From: Gemmatimonadales bacterium | Lineage (GTDB): Bacteria > Gemmatimonadota > Gemmatimonadetes > Gemmatimonadales > GWC2-71-9 | Assembly (NCBI GenBank): GCA_041615815.1 | Contig: JBFJCP010000001.1 | Location: 64,001 to 128,000, forward strand | Reading direction: 5' to 3' | DNA: 64,000 nucleotides | Shown: positions 31,277 to 41,991 of the stretch, one piece after another | How the letters are laid out: each line of letters begins with the position of its first letter | Position numbering within the stretch: the first letter of the stretch is position 1 | Notes under the pieces: generated by a model | The model's input: only the letters and a program-made list of their open reading frames with translations | Told to the model about the DNA's origin: nothing | Database searches by the model: none | Translations under genes and position numbers: made by a program

Positions 31277-32889
31277 GCGGAACGTCCACTGGCCACCGAA
31301 GCCGGCTTCGGGAGCTGACCGAGGCGTACCGCGAACTCGCGGTGCGGTTGTCGCAGGGTGGTGGCCCCGACCGCATCGCCCGCCAGCACCAGCAGGGGAA
31401 GCTGACCGCGCGCGAGCGCGTGCAGCAACTGCGCGATGCAGACACGCCCTGGATCGAGATCGGACTGCTCGTGGCGTATGACCGTTACGAGGGCCAAGCG
31501 CCGGGTGCGGGGGTCGTCACGGGCGTGGGGATCGTGGCGGACCACCATTGTGTGGTCGTGGCAAACGACGCCACGGTCAAGGCAGGGTCGTGGTGGCCCG
31601 AAACGATCAAGAAGATGCTGCGCGCGCAGGAAATCGCGATGCGGCAGCGTATACCGATCATCTATCTCGTCGATTCGGCTGGCGTGAATCTCCCCTACCA
31701 GGGTGGCGTGTTTCCGGGACAGTACGGGGCGGCCCGACTGTTCTACTACAACTCGATCATGCGGCGCTATCTCCACGTGCCCCAAATCAGCGCCGTGATG
31801 GGCCAGTGCGTTGCCGGGGGTGCGTATCTGCCGGCGCTTTCCGATGTCATTTTCATGGTAGAAGGCACGTCGTTCATGGGACTGGGTGGGCCCAATCTGG
31901 TGCAAGGCGCCACCGGGCAGCGCGTCGATGCCGAGACGCTCGGCGGGGCGGTCACGCACACCACCAAGAGCGGCGTCGCCCACTACCGGGCACGGAACGA
32001 CCACGAGTGCATCGAGCAGCTTCGTGAGTACGTCGGCCGACTCCCCGCGGGCCGTGCGTCGAGCGTCGCACCAGACCGAGCACCGCAGGCCCCCGCCCGT
32101 CTTCCGGCCGAATTGTACGACATCCTGCCGCCGGACCACCGCATGGCGTATGACATGCGTGACGTCTTGGCGTGTCTCTTGGATGGAGGCGTGCTCGACG
32201 AGTTCCAACCCGACATGGCAAAAGAGATGTTGTGCGGCCACGGTGCGGTTGCCGGGCAACCGGTGGCTGTGATCGCCAACCAGCGCGGGCTGATCAAGCG
32301 AGACGGTAGCGGACCCCCGCGGATCGGCGGGATCGTCTACACGGAGAGTGCGGAGAAGGTTGCGTACTTCATTGAGACCGCCAGCCGGGAACGGATCCCG
32401 TTGTTGTTCGTGCAGGACGTGAGCGGATTCATGGTGGGACCGGACGCCGAGCAGTCCGGCATCATTCGCGCTGGTGCTCGGTTCGTCGAGGCCATGGCGA
32501 CAGCGGTGGTTCCGAAGATCGTCCTGACCGTCAACCACGCCTCCGGAGCCGGGTACTATGCCATGGCGGGGCAGGGGTTCGACCCGGATTTCATCTTTTC
32601 CTGGCCCACCGGCCGTATGGGTGTCATGGAAGGCGATTCCGCGGTGCGCGCGGTGTTCGGCGATCGTGTCGAGGACCCATCCAGCGCATCGGCGGTCGAG
32701 CAAATGCGCGAAGACTATGACCATCAGTTGGACGCGAAGTACGCGGGTGCCCGGGGATTCGTGGACACGATCATCGCCCCGGAGGACACGCGGTCAGTGC
32801 TCGCGTTCGCCCTCTCCGTCACGCGGCACCATCGCGGACCGCACATCGGACCTTTCGTGCTGCCCACGCAGGAGTCTCCTGATACATGA
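31273..32889 (+). CDS. Acyl-CoA carboxylase carboxyltransferase (methylcrotonyl/geranyl-CoA carboxylase beta-like)
   Basis: [54 protein letters not shown]. Confidence 0.9.
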   Translation: MSGTSTGHRSRLRELTEAYRELAVRLSQGGGPDRIARQHQQGKLTARERVQQLRDADTPWIEIGLLVAYDRYEGQAPGAGVVTGVGIVADHHCVVVANDATVKAGSWWPETIKKMLRAQEIAMRQRIPIIYLVDSAGVNLPYQGGVFPGQYGAARLFYYNSIMRRYLHVPQISAVMGQCVAGGAYLPALSDVIFMVEGTSFMGLGGPNLVQGATGQRVDAETLGGAVTHTTKSGVAHYRARNDHECIEQLREYVGRLPAGRASSVAPDRAPQAPARLPAELYDILPPDHRMAYDMRDVLACLLDGGVLDEFQPDMAKEMLCGHGAVAGQPVAVIANQRGLIKRDGSGPPRIGGIVYTESAEKVAYFIETASRERIPLLFVQDVSGFMVGPDAEQSGIIRAGARFVEAMATAVVPKIVLTVNHASGAGYYAMAGQGFDPDFIFSWPTGRMGVMEGDSAVRAVFGDRVEDPSSASAVEQMREDYDHQLDAKYAGARGFVDTIIAPEDTRSVLAFALSVTRHHRGPHIGPFVLPTQESPDT

Positions 32890-35777
32890 CACGCCTCGTC
32901 GCATCCATGTCCGCCGCGTTCGCCTCGTCCTTCTTTTTGTTCGGGTGTGGCGGCGGACCCGCACCCGCACCGCCACCGGCACCGGCATCCGCAGCAACCA
33001 CACCTGCCGCTCCGGCAGCGGAACCGGACCGCACCGTGGTGGCGCCGCGCCGCGAGCCCGTCCTCCCTCCGCAGCTGGCGATGCTCGCAGGTCTTCTGCC
33101 GCTCCGCAGCATTGGCGCGGACACCTTTCGTGTGGCACATCCGACGTACGACGGCCGCGGTGTCATCATCGCCATTCTGGATTCCGGAATCGATGCGGGG
33201 GTTCCCGGGCTGCGAACGACGACCACCGGTGAGCGCAAGATTCTCGACCTGCGTGACTTTTCGGGGGAGGGGCGGGTCGCGCTGAACGCGGTGCGCCCGG
33301 AAGGTGGGATCGTCACGATCGGTACCCACCGCCTGGGCGGGTTTGGGCGGGTCGCCCGTATGGCGGCGCCGCCCTACTACGGGGGTGTCTTCTCCGAAAT
33401 CACGCTCGGCACCGCCCCCGACGGCGACCTCAACGGCAACGGGAGCATCCGAGACGAGTATCCGCTGATCGTTGGCAAGGCCAGCAGCGGCTGGGTGCTG
33501 TTCGCCGACACCGACGGAGACGGCTCCTTGGATGACGAGCGGCCGGTACACGACTTTGCCGTGCTCGGTGAGACTCTCTCCTTTTCCGTGCCCGGAAGCA
33601 TGGCGCCCGGACCCATGGCGGTGGCGGCCAATTTCGACGAACACGACGGGCGACCGTTCCTCGATCTCTTCATGGATAATTCGAGCCACGGCACGCACGT
33701 CGCGGGGATTGCGGCAGGGCACGACATGTTCGGTGTCGAGGGGTTCGATGGTGTTGCTCCTGGCGCGTGGCTACTGGGTCTGAAGATCTCCAACAACGCG
33801 CGCGGTGGGGTCTCCGTGACAGGGAGCATGCTGCGAGCGCTGAACTACGCCGCCGATTTCGCGAACCGACGAGCCCTCCCGCTCGTCGTGAACCTGAGCT
33901 TCGGCGTCGGGAACGAACGGGAGGGTGCCGCCGCCATCGATTCCCTCATCGATGAGTTTTCGCTCAAGCATCCAGAGGTCCTCGTCGTCATTAGCGCCGG
34001 CAACGACGGTCCGGGTTGGTCCACGATCGGATTCCCCGGTTCAGCCGAGCTCGCGCTCTCGGTATGTGCGCTCTTCCCCGGAGTGTTCGCGCAGGCACCC
34101 CAACCCGGGGTCCCGCCGGCCCCGGACGTGCTGGGGTGGTGGAGCGGTCGCGGTGGGGAAGTGGCGAAACCCGATATTTGCGCGCCCGGAGTTGCCTTCT
34201 CCAACGTGCCGCCGTGGCGTACCGGCGAGGAAGTATCGGGTGGGACCAGTATGGCCGCCCCGCACGTAGCCGGGACGGTAGCCCTGCTGCTTTCCGCATC
34301 CCACCAACAGGGACGACCCACACGTGCCGTCGATCTCAAGCGGGCCCTCCTCGCATCGGCGACACCCCTGGCCGGAGCCACCGTGCTCGACGTGGGGGCC
34401 GGCGTGGTCAACATTAGCGGGGCCTACCGCTGGTTGATGGCGGCTCACCAAACGGGGGTGTACGACATCCGTGCCCTGAGCCGAGATCTCGGAGCCACGG
34501 GGTCCGCTGCGTTCAGGCGAAATGGTCTGCGAAACGCCACCGACACCCTGCAGCAATTCGTGATCCGGTCGGTTGGGGGGCAGCCGGCCGCACGGCTGCT
34601 CCTGGCAACAGATCAGCCGTGGCTCCGCGCTCCCCCGCACGTGGATCTCCAGGGGCGCCCCGAAACCGTGACCGTCCACTATGACGCGCTCCGGCTCCAA
34701 CGTCCCGGTGCCTACGTCGGCACCGTCTGGGCGATTCCGGCGACGGATACGATTGCCGGTCCTTCCTTTGGACTGGTGAACACGATCGTCGTCCCGCACA
34801 AGCTGGACGACCCATACCTGGCCCGAGGCACGCTCCAGCCCGGTGCCACCGCGCGCCATTTCGTCGACGTGTCGTCGACACGCGGCCTGTCGATCACGCT
34901 GCAGGTATCCGAACCCGGCGAGGAGGCCACCTTGTACGTCTTCGAGCCCTCCGGTCAGCCGCTGCGAGGCGAAAACACCACGACAGCCGGCGCTCAGGCA
35001 GGGCCGACTGCGACGATTCACGTGCCGTCTGACGATCTCGTTCCCGGCGTCTACGAAGCCGTCGTCGTCGCCCCGCCCACGGGTGCCGCGCAATATCTTC
35101 TCGAGGCGGCAGTCCCGGCTGTCGGGATCGGTGCGATCGACCCGGGTCCGCGCGCCCGTGTGACGAACGAATCGGGCAGCACGCTCCCGGTCACCGTGGC
35201 GGGTATCCTCGTGGGCGCGGTTCGTGGGACCACGGTGCGGGGAACACGGGCAGCCCCGGTCCTGATCGGCCTCGACCCGCCCACGTGGGCGAGGCGTGTG
35301 CAGATCGACGTGACGCTGCCCGTTCCCGTTTGGCATCTCCTCACCGACTTCGGCGTGACGGTGTTCGACCAGACGGGAGAGAAGGTCAGTGACAGCCCCT
35401 TGAATTACGCGTTTGGGCGACACACGGTCGATCTCGACTCGTCGGGGGCGCAGGGTCCCTTGATCTTGGAGCTGCTCCCGGGCTTCGCCCACCTCGCTCC
35501 CCCAGAGGACTGGTACGCCGACGTGCGCGTGATCTTCGAGCTCGACGAAGCGATCCCGCTCGCGTTGGAGAGTGCCGACTCGGCGGGCGTCGTGCTCGGT
35601 GCAGGGGAGAGCCGCGAAGTGCAATTCTCGATCCCCGCGGCCGACGACGTTGCGTTCCCGCAGGGATTCGAATCCTGGGTTGAAATCTCGGCGCATGCGC
35701 CACGCGGACCCAGGGCGGCGCGGCGCGCCCCCGGTGGCTCCCCACCCCCAGCCACCGACGTCGATCCGACTCCCTGA
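32886..35777 (+). CDS. S8 subtilase, tripeptidyl-peptidase II-like, probable lipoprotein
   Basis: Catalytic Asp (ILDSGID), His (HGTHVAG), Ser (GTSMAAP), oxyanion SAGNDG; lipobox LFGC then a Pro/Ala linker. Confidence 0.88.
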   Translation: MTRLVASMSAAFASSFFLFGCGGGPAPAPPPAPASAATTPAAPAAEPDRTVVAPRREPVLPPQLAMLAGLLPLRSIGADTFRVAHPTYDGRGVIIAILDSGIDAGVPGLRTTTTGERKILDLRDFSGEGRVALNAVRPEGGIVTIGTHRLGGFGRVARMAAPPYYGGVFSEITLGTAPDGDLNGNGSIRDEYPLIVGKASSGWVLFADTDGDGSLDDERPVHDFAVLGETLSFSVPGSMAPGPMAVAANFDEHDGRPFLDLFMDNSSHGTHVAGIAAGHDMFGVEGFDGVAPGAWLLGLKISNNARGGVSVTGSMLRALNYAADFANRRALPLVVNLSFGVGNEREGAAAIDSLIDEFSLKHPEVLVVISAGNDGPGWSTIGFPGSAELALSVCALFPGVFAQAPQPGVPPAPDVLGWWSGRGGEVAKPDICAPGVAFSNVPPWRTGEEVSGGTSMAAPHVAGTVALLLSASHQQGRPTRAVDLKRALLASATPLAGATVLDVGAGVVNISGAYRWLMAAHQTGVYDIRALSRDLGATGSAAFRRNGLRNATDTLQQFVIRSVGGQPAARLLLATDQPWLRAPPHVDLQGRPETVTVHYDALRLQRPGAYVGTVWAIPATDTIAGPSFGLVNTIVVPHKLDDPYLARGTLQPGATARHFVDVSSTRGLSITLQVSEPGEEATLYVFEPSGQPLRGENTTTAGAQAGPTATIHVPSDDLVPGVYEAVVVAPPTGAAQYLLEAAVPAVGIGAIDPGPRARVTNESGSTLPVTVAGILVGAVRGTTVRGTRAAPVLIGLDPPTWARRVQIDVTLPVPVWHLLTDFGVTVFDQTGEKVSDSPLNYAFGRHTVDLDSSGAQGPLILELLPGFAHLAPPEDWYADVRVIFELDEAIPLALESADSAGVVLGAGESREVQFSIPAADDVAFPQGFESWVEISAHAPRGPRAARRAPGGSPPPATDVDPTP

Positions 35778-37163
35778 GTGTCGGAACGCCTACCCGTGAG
35801 CCAGACCATTCGCATTGCATCCGGACAGGGCTTTTGGGGTGACTGGCTCGAGGCTCCAGTCCGGCAGGTGGAGGGCGGACCGATCGACTATTTGATGATG
35901 GACTATCTGGCCGAAGTCACGATGTCCATCATGCAGAAACAGCGTGGTCGGGACCCGACCCTCGGATACGCCAAAGACTTCGTTCCGCTGATGGAACGTC
36001 TCCTTCCGATGCTCGTGGAGCGAGGAATCCGGGTAACGGCCAACGCTGGGGGCGTGAATCCGCGCGCTTGCGCCGAAGCAGTGGTTGGCGCTGCCCGCCG
36101 CCTGGGCCTTCGCGGGAAAGTGCGACTCGGGATCGTCGAAGGGGACGACATCTTGGACCGCCTCGACGATCTATTGGCCCGCGGACACACCCTGGCCAAT
36201 CTGGACACCGCCGAGCCGCTCGCTACAGTACGCGACGCGGTGCAGAGTGCGAACGCGTACCTCGGCGCCTGGCCGGTGGTAGAGGCGCTTCGGCAAGGTG
36301 CGAACATCGTCGTGACCGGAAGGGTCACGGATACCGGACTCACCTTGGGTCCCCTGATTCACGCGTTTCAATGGGCTCCGGAGGCATGGGACCTTCTGGC
36401 CGCAGGGACCGTGGCCGGCCACATCATCGAGTGTGGGGCACAGTGCAGCGGCGGCAATTGTCTGGTGGGATGGGAGCGCCTGCCGAACATGGCCGACCCC
36501 GGCTACCCCATCATCGAGGCTCACCCCAACGGTGAGTTTCTCGTCACCAAGCATTCCGGGACCGGCGGCAGGATCACGGTAGCCAGCGTCACCGAGCAGC
36601 TCGTGTACGAGATGGGAGATCCCCGTCACTACATCACGCCGGACTGTGTTGCGGATTTTACCACGATCCAGTTGCGCAACGCGGGAAGAGACCGCGTGCG
36701 GGTCACCGGTATCCGGGGTCGTCCCGCCACCGATTCGCTCAAAGTCTCACTCTCGTATCACTACGGCTACAAGGCCGTCGGTACACTCGTCTACGCTTGG
36801 CCCGACGCGGTGAAGAAGGCCAAACGGGCAGACAAGATTCTGCGGGCACGCTTGGATGCGCTTGGACTCGAGTTCGAAGAGATCCTCACGGAATACGTGG
36901 GGGTGAATGCAACCCATGGGCCGCTGGCTCCCCCGCCGGATCCGAATCTCGCCGAGGTACAGCTACGGGTGGGGGTCCGGGCCCGCGAACGGGCACCGGT
37001 GGACCGGTTCACGCGAGAGATTGCGCCACTCATTCTGAACGGGCCCCCGAGCGTCACGGGGTTCGCCGGCGGCCGCCCCAAGGTCGAGGAAATCGTGGCT
37101 TACTGGCCAGCGCTCATTCCGAAGTCCGAAATCCGTCCTACCGTTTCCATCGTCGAGGCGTGA
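35778..37163 (+). CDS. AtuA-family (DUF1446) protein, N-terminal part
   Basis: [56 protein letters not shown]. Confidence 0.88.
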   Translation: MSERLPVSQTIRIASGQGFWGDWLEAPVRQVEGGPIDYLMMDYLAEVTMSIMQKQRGRDPTLGYAKDFVPLMERLLPMLVERGIRVTANAGGVNPRACAEAVVGAARRLGLRGKVRLGIVEGDDILDRLDDLLARGHTLANLDTAEPLATVRDAVQSANAYLGAWPVVEALRQGANIVVTGRVTDTGLTLGPLIHAFQWAPEAWDLLAAGTVAGHIIECGAQCSGGNCLVGWERLPNMADPGYPIIEAHPNGEFLVTKHSGTGGRITVASVTEQLVYEMGDPRHYITPDCVADFTTIQLRNAGRDRVRVTGIRGRPATDSLKVSLSYHYGYKAVGTLVYAWPDAVKKAKRADKILRARLDALGLEFEEILTEYVGVNATHGPLAPPPDPNLAEVQLRVGVRARERAPVDRFTREIAPLILNGPPSVTGFAGGRPKVEEIVAYWPALIPKSEIRPTVSIVEA

Positions 37164-37165
37164 GC

Positions 37166-37537
37166 ATGGGTCGGAAAGGCGCTAGGCGAGCGGCTCGGGG
37201 CACCCGGATGGTGCCACTCGTCACCTTGGCACACGCACGCAGCGGTGACAAGGGCAACACGGCCAATGTCGGCCTGATCGCGCTCCGCCCCGAATACTAT
37301 CCGCTCCTCGTGCGCGAAGTCACGGCAGCGCGCGTGGCCCGACATTTTCGCGGTGCCATCGACGGCCCGGTGGAGCGGTTTGAGCTTCCCAATTTGCGTG
37401 CGCTCAACTTTCTCCTCCACGGTGCGCTTGGCGGTGGCGGCACGCTCTCCCTCAAGACGGACGCTCAGGGAAAGGTGTTTTCGACCGCCCTCTTGCGCAT
37501 GGCCATCCCCGTCCCGCGAGATCTCGATGTCCGCTGA
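37166..37537 (+). CDS. AtuA C-terminal-like small protein
   Basis: AHARSGDKGNTANVG, VERFELP, ALGGGG, DAQGK. Confidence 0.85.
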   Translation: MGRKGARRAARGTRMVPLVTLAHARSGDKGNTANVGLIALRPEYYPLLVREVTAARVARHFRGAIDGPVERFELPNLRALNFLLHGALGGGGTLSLKTDAQGKVFSTALLRMAIPVPRDLDVR

Positions 37538-38288
37538 GCGTCTTCGACTCGAGCTCGCGGACGGCGTGTACACCATCACCTTGGATCGTCCGGAAAAACG
37601 TAACGCCGTGGATGCGTCCATGGTGGACGCGCTGTTGAATGCGCTGGACCGCGCGGACCTCGAGGCCGGCGTTCGCGTCGTTGCCGTTCGGGGAGCCGGC
37701 AAAGACTTCTGTGCCGGAGCGGATCTAGCGGAACTCCTCGCGTCCGTAGACCACGCACCGGAAGCCAACGCGCGCAGTGCCGCGCGCCTGGGCGAGGTAT
37801 TCGTCCGCATGCGCCGTTTGCCGAAGCCGGTTGTGGCCATCGTGCATGGACGAGCGCTTGCCGGAGGATGCGGGCTCGCCACCGCCTGTGATCTCGTGCT
37901 GGCACATGAAGCGGCCGTGTTTGGCTACCCAGAGGTGCGACGCGGCTTTGTCCCAGCCATGGTGATGGCCATGCTGCGCCGGGCCGTGGGGGAGCGGGTC
38001 GCGTTCGACCTGGTCGCGACGGGTCGCCTACTCTCCGCCGCCGAGGCACAGGCCGTGGGACTCATTGCCCGCGTGCTGCCAGCGAGCCAGTTCGATCCCG
38101 AGGTCCAAACGGTGCTACAGCAGCTGGCCGGGGCGAGCGCATCCGCGCTTTCGCTGATCAAGCGACAGCTCTATGAGCTCGAGGGCAAGAGCTTCGACGA
38201 AGCCATTGCGCTCGGGGCCGACGTCAACGCGCTCGCTCGGTCCACCCCGGACTTTCGAGCCGCGGTTGCACGTTTTCTCCAACGATGA
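37527..38288 (+). CDS. Enoyl-CoA hydratase/isomerase (methylglutaconyl-CoA hydratase-like)
   Basis: LDRPEKRNA, FCAGADL, ALAGGCGLATACD, GYPEVRRG. Confidence 0.9.
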   Translation: MSAERLRLELADGVYTITLDRPEKRNAVDASMVDALLNALDRADLEAGVRVVAVRGAGKDFCAGADLAELLASVDHAPEANARSAARLGEVFVRMRRLPKPVVAIVHGRALAGGCGLATACDLVLAHEAAVFGYPEVRRGFVPAMVMAMLRRAVGERVAFDLVATGRLLSAAEAQAVGLIARVLPASQFDPEVQTVLQQLAGASASALSLIKRQLYELEGKSFDEAIALGADVNALARSTPDFRAAVARFLQR

Positions 38289-39220
38289 GGGATCGTGTGC
38301 GGCTGGGTGTCACCGCAGCCGTCCTCGTTCTCACGGGTTGTGAGGCCACACCAACTCCGCACAATCTCGCCACCCAAGACTACAGCGTTGGGACGCATGT
38401 AGTGTTGCTCGGAACGGGAACGCCAAACGCGGAACCCGATCGATCTGGGACCGCGTTGGCGGTGTTGGTGGAGGGCAAGGCGTACTTGGTCGATGCCGGC
38501 CCGGGCGTGGTCCGTCAGGCCGCGGCCGCGTTGCAGCGGGGATTGGCGCCGCTCAGAATCCCCGATCTCGACATCGTGTTTCTGACCCACCTGCACAGCG
38601 ACCATACGGTGGGCCTGCCCGACCTGATTTTCACTCCATGGGTGCTGGGCCGGGAGCAGGCTTTGCGACTCTACGGACCCCCGGGAACGGCCCGTCTCGC
38701 CCATGCGCTCGTCGACGCCTACGCCGACGACATTCGGATTCGTACCAGCGGGCTCGAGCCCGGGAACGCCACTGGGTTCCGGGTCGAGCCGGTCGAGATC
38801 GACTCCGGCATCGTGTACCGTGACCAACGGGTGACCGTCACGGCCTTCCGCGTGCGGCACGCGTCGTGGCCGCGTGCCTTGGGATATCGCTTCGCAAGCG
38901 CCACTCGGACGATCGTCATCTCCGGCGACGCCGCCCCGAGCCCATCCGTCGTCACGGCCTGCGACGGCTGTGACGTCCTCGTGCACGAGGTCTATTCCGC
39001 GACGAGCTTCGCGCGCCGGGCCCCCCAATGGCAGCGCTACCATGCCTCGGCGCATACGTCCAGTGTTGAGTTGGCGGCGCTGGCGCGAGAGGCACGCCCG
39101 CGCGTCCTCGTGCTCTATCACCAGCTTCTGTGGGGGACGAGCCCCGAGAGTCTCGTGGCCGAAGTCCAAGCCGGGTGGAGTGGAACGGTCGCGTACGGCC
39201 AGGATCTGGATGTGTTTTGA
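38285..39220 (+). CDS. MBL-fold metallohydrolase (RNase Z/AtsA-like), probable lipoprotein
   Basis: LLGTGTP, LVDAG, FLTHLHSDH, ISGD, LVHE; lipobox LTGC. Confidence 0.85.
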   Translation: MRDRVRLGVTAAVLVLTGCEATPTPHNLATQDYSVGTHVVLLGTGTPNAEPDRSGTALAVLVEGKAYLVDAGPGVVRQAAAALQRGLAPLRIPDLDIVFLTHLHSDHTVGLPDLIFTPWVLGREQALRLYGPPGTARLAHALVDAYADDIRIRTSGLEPGNATGFRVEPVEIDSGIVYRDQRVTVTAFRVRHASWPRALGYRFASATRTIVISGDAAPSPSVVTACDGCDVLVHEVYSATSFARRAPQWQRYHASAHTSSVELAALAREARPRVLVLYHQLLWGTSPESLVAEVQAGWSGTVAYGQDLDVF

Positions 39221-39329
39221 AGTGCCGAAGGTCGGTGCGCGAAAACGCTCCGCGGCGCGAGCCGATGATTGGAAGCAAAGATGAGTGCGGCTCCACGATC
39301 AGGGGCGATTCGAATGAACCGAGGGCAAC

Positions 39330-40601
39330 GTGGATCGCCCAGTTTCGTTACATACCGCGCGCCTCATCCTTCAGCGATGGTGGGGACACGACGACTTTCA
39401 CTATCACCAGCGGCGTGCCATCCTCGCGGCGCTCCGCGGCCGGGACTGTCTGGCCGTCTTGCCCACCGGCGGCGGCAAGTCACTTTGCTATCAGATTCCA
39501 GGACTTGTGCGCCCTGGCCTCACCGTGATCGTCTCTCCCCTCGTGTCGCTGATGCAGGACCAGGTAGCGGCGCTTCGCGCGCGCCACCTCCCGGCAGCGT
39601 ACGTGGCTGGCGACCAGCCCCGGGTATCCCAGGAGGCTGTGTGGAGCGGCGTCCGAAGCGGGCGCGTGAAGCTGCTGTATGTAGCGCCCGAGCGCTTGCG
39701 TCAGACGGCCGAACGCGTGGGCCGTCGTCCGGTCGGACTCTTGGCCGTGGACGAAGCACACTGCATCTCGGAGTGGGGACACGAGTTTCGACCCACGTAT
39801 CGCGGCTTGGGCCAATACGTCCAGGTCTTGGGCACGCCACCGGTCATGGCGGTGACCGCGACGGCCACGCCGGCCACGCGATGGGAGATCGTACGCAGCC
39901 TCCGCCTCAAGCGACCGGTCATGGCGCTACGCTCGTTCGATCGGCCCAACCTGTGGTTGGGGGTGCGGTGTTTTGCCAACGCCGCGAGCAGGCTCGGAAC
40001 CACCGCGCGAATGCTACGCCGCGTGGCCGACGGAGTGGCGTTGGTGTATGCCCCTACCCGGCATCGGACGGATGATGTCGCGGCCGTGCTTCGCTGGTGG
40101 GGGATCCGAGCGTGGCCCTATCACGCCGGACTGCCCGCGCATGCCCGGCGCCGACTGCTCTACCGCTTTCGGTGCGGCGAGCTCCGGGTGGTGGTCGCCA
40201 CCAGCGCTTTCGGGATGGGGATCGACCGCCCCGACGTGCGCCTCGTGATCCATCTTGGCCTCCCGGTGCGTCCGGAGGCCTACTATCAGCAGGCCGGCCG
40301 CGCGGGCCGTGACGGTGAGCCAGCGGCATGTTGGCTATTCTGGGAAAAGGGGGACCTGCGGCTTGCGTCCCGCTTGGCTGCCCGGGGCGGCGCGGACGGA
40401 CCCGGAACCGTTGCGGCACGCGAGTCTCGCGCCCGAGCGCTCGCCACGATGGAACGGTACGTCAGGGGTCGACAATGCCGTCGACGAGCGCTCCTTGCCT
40501 ATCTCGGGGAGTCGCTCTCACGGTGTGCCGGGTGTGACCGTTGCGCCCGACGCGGGATTCGTGATCCGCTGCGGTACGGCAGTCCCACCTCGAACCGTTG
40601 A
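39330..40601 (+). CDS. recQ: RecQ-family DNA helicase (short form)
   Basis: PTGGGKSLCYQ, VDEAHCISEWGHEFRP, TATA, YHAG, AFGMGID, QQAGRAGRDG, CRR...CAGCDRC zinc site. Confidence 0.88.
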   Translation: MDRPVSLHTARLILQRWWGHDDFHYHQRRAILAALRGRDCLAVLPTGGGKSLCYQIPGLVRPGLTVIVSPLVSLMQDQVAALRARHLPAAYVAGDQPRVSQEAVWSGVRSGRVKLLYVAPERLRQTAERVGRRPVGLLAVDEAHCISEWGHEFRPTYRGLGQYVQVLGTPPVMAVTATATPATRWEIVRSLRLKRPVMALRSFDRPNLWLGVRCFANAASRLGTTARMLRRVADGVALVYAPTRHRTDDVAAVLRWWGIRAWPYHAGLPAHARRRLLYRFRCGELRVVVATSAFGMGIDRPDVRLVIHLGLPVRPEAYYQQAGRAGRDGEPAACWLFWEKGDLRLASRLAARGGADGPGTVAARESRARALATMERYVRGRQCRRRALLAYLGESLSRCAGCDRCARRGIRDPLRYGSPTSNR

Positions 40602-40607
40602 CGCGAC

Positions 40608-41933
40608 ATGCTCGACCGCTTCTTCCAATTGCACGCGCATCAAACCACGGTTCGCCGCGAGATCGGCGCCGGGGCCACCACCTTCGTCACGATGTCGTAC
40701 ATCATTTTCGTGCAACCGGTGGTCCTGGGGGCCGCGGGCATGGATCCGGGCGCGGTGATGACGGCGACCTGTCTGTCCAGTGCTCTGGCCACGCTCCTGA
40801 TGGGGCTCCTCGCCAATTATCCCATTGCTCTAGCGCCAGGAATGGGGCACAACTTCTTCTTCACCTACACGGTCGTGATCCTGTTGGGATACACCTGGCA
40901 GCAAGCGCTCGGTGCCATCTTCGTTTCCGGGGTATTGTTCATCGTTCTGGCCTTCATCGGGTTTCGCGAGCGGTTATTGAATGCCGTCCCGGCGGCGTTG
41001 CGCAACGGCATTGCAGCAGGCATTGGCCTCTTGATTGCGCTGGTGGGACTCCAGTGGGGCGGTATCGTCGTCGATAGCCCCGGAACACTCGTGCAGCTGG
41101 GCTCCTTGGGGTCACTCCCGGTGTTGCTCACCGTGCTGGGACTCGCGGTTACGTCGATCCTGCTCGCCTGGCGGGTGCGGGCCGCTATTCTCCTCGGGAT
41201 CGTGACCACCCTGGTGGTCGGGCTGGCGCTGGGAGTGACGGAGTTTCACGGAGTCGTGGGACGTCCTCCAGCGCTGCGCGCCACATTCCTCCAGCTGGAC
41301 GTGCTTGGGGCGCTCCAGACCGGGATGCTCTCCGTCATCTTCGTGTTCTTCTTCCTCGATCTGTTCGACACGGTCGGGACCCTCATTGGCGTCACGCAGG
41401 AGGCGGGGTTGGTGCGGGAGGACGGCACGCTTCCTCGGGCCCGCGGCGCACTCTTGGCCGACGCCATCGGCACCGTGAGCGGAACGCTCCTGGGCACGTC
41501 GACGATCACGAGCTACGTGGAGAGTGCCGCCGGTGTGACCGCCGGAGGCCGTACCGGCCTAGCCAGCGTCGTTACGGCACTCCTCTTCGTGAGTGCGCTG
41601 TTTTGTGCACCGTTGGTGGCGATGATCGGTCGGGGCGTACCGATGGGCGAGGGGCGTGTGCTCTATCCGATGGTCGCACCGGCGTTGATCCTCGTGGGGA
41701 GCTACATGATGAAAAGCGTTGTGCGGATCGAGTGGTCGGATCCGAGCGAAGCGATCCCGGCATTCCTCACGATTCTCGTCATGCCCCTGACCTTCAGCAT
41801 TACCGAGGGCATCGCGTTCGGATTCATTGCCTATGTCGTGCTCAAAGGGGCACGTGGTCGGCTTCGTGAGGTACCCCTGCTCATACAAGTGTTCGCCGGG
41901 TTGTTCGTCCTCCGTTACCTGTTGCTCTCGTGA
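40608..41933 (+). CDS. NCS2/AzgA-family purine permease
   Basis: TTFVTMSYI, LAPGMG, FDTVGTL, YVESAAG, GGRTGL; multi-TM. Confidence 0.92.
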   Translation: MLDRFFQLHAHQTTVRREIGAGATTFVTMSYIIFVQPVVLGAAGMDPGAVMTATCLSSALATLLMGLLANYPIALAPGMGHNFFFTYTVVILLGYTWQQALGAIFVSGVLFIVLAFIGFRERLLNAVPAALRNGIAAGIGLLIALVGLQWGGIVVDSPGTLVQLGSLGSLPVLLTVLGLAVTSILLAWRVRAAILLGIVTTLVVGLALGVTEFHGVVGRPPALRATFLQLDVLGALQTGMLSVIFVFFFLDLFDTVGTLIGVTQEAGLVREDGTLPRARGALLADAIGTVSGTLLGTSTITSYVESAAGVTAGGRTGLASVVTALLFVSALFCAPLVAMIGRGVPMGEGRVLYPMVAPALILVGSYMMKSVVRIEWSDPSEAIPAFLTILVMPLTFSITEGIAFGFIAYVVLKGARGRLREVPLLIQVFAGLFVLRYLLLS

Positions 41934-41956
41934 AGGTGCAGGGGGTGTCGATCGGC

Positions 41957-41985
41957 TTGCCAGCTTACCGCATGCCAAGCATCAT
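41957..41985 (+). promoter_or_regulatory. sigma70-type leaderless promoter for acyltransferase
   Basis: TTGCCA-N17-CATCAT ending 6 nt before GTG 41992. Confidence 0.45.
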
Positions 41986-41991
41986 TGTGGC

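Noticed and set aside
32956..33030. GC-rich quasi-repeats (CCGCACCCGCACCGCCACCGGCACCGGCA)
   Set aside because: Encode the Pro/Ala linker of the lipoprotein; not a DNA repeat element.
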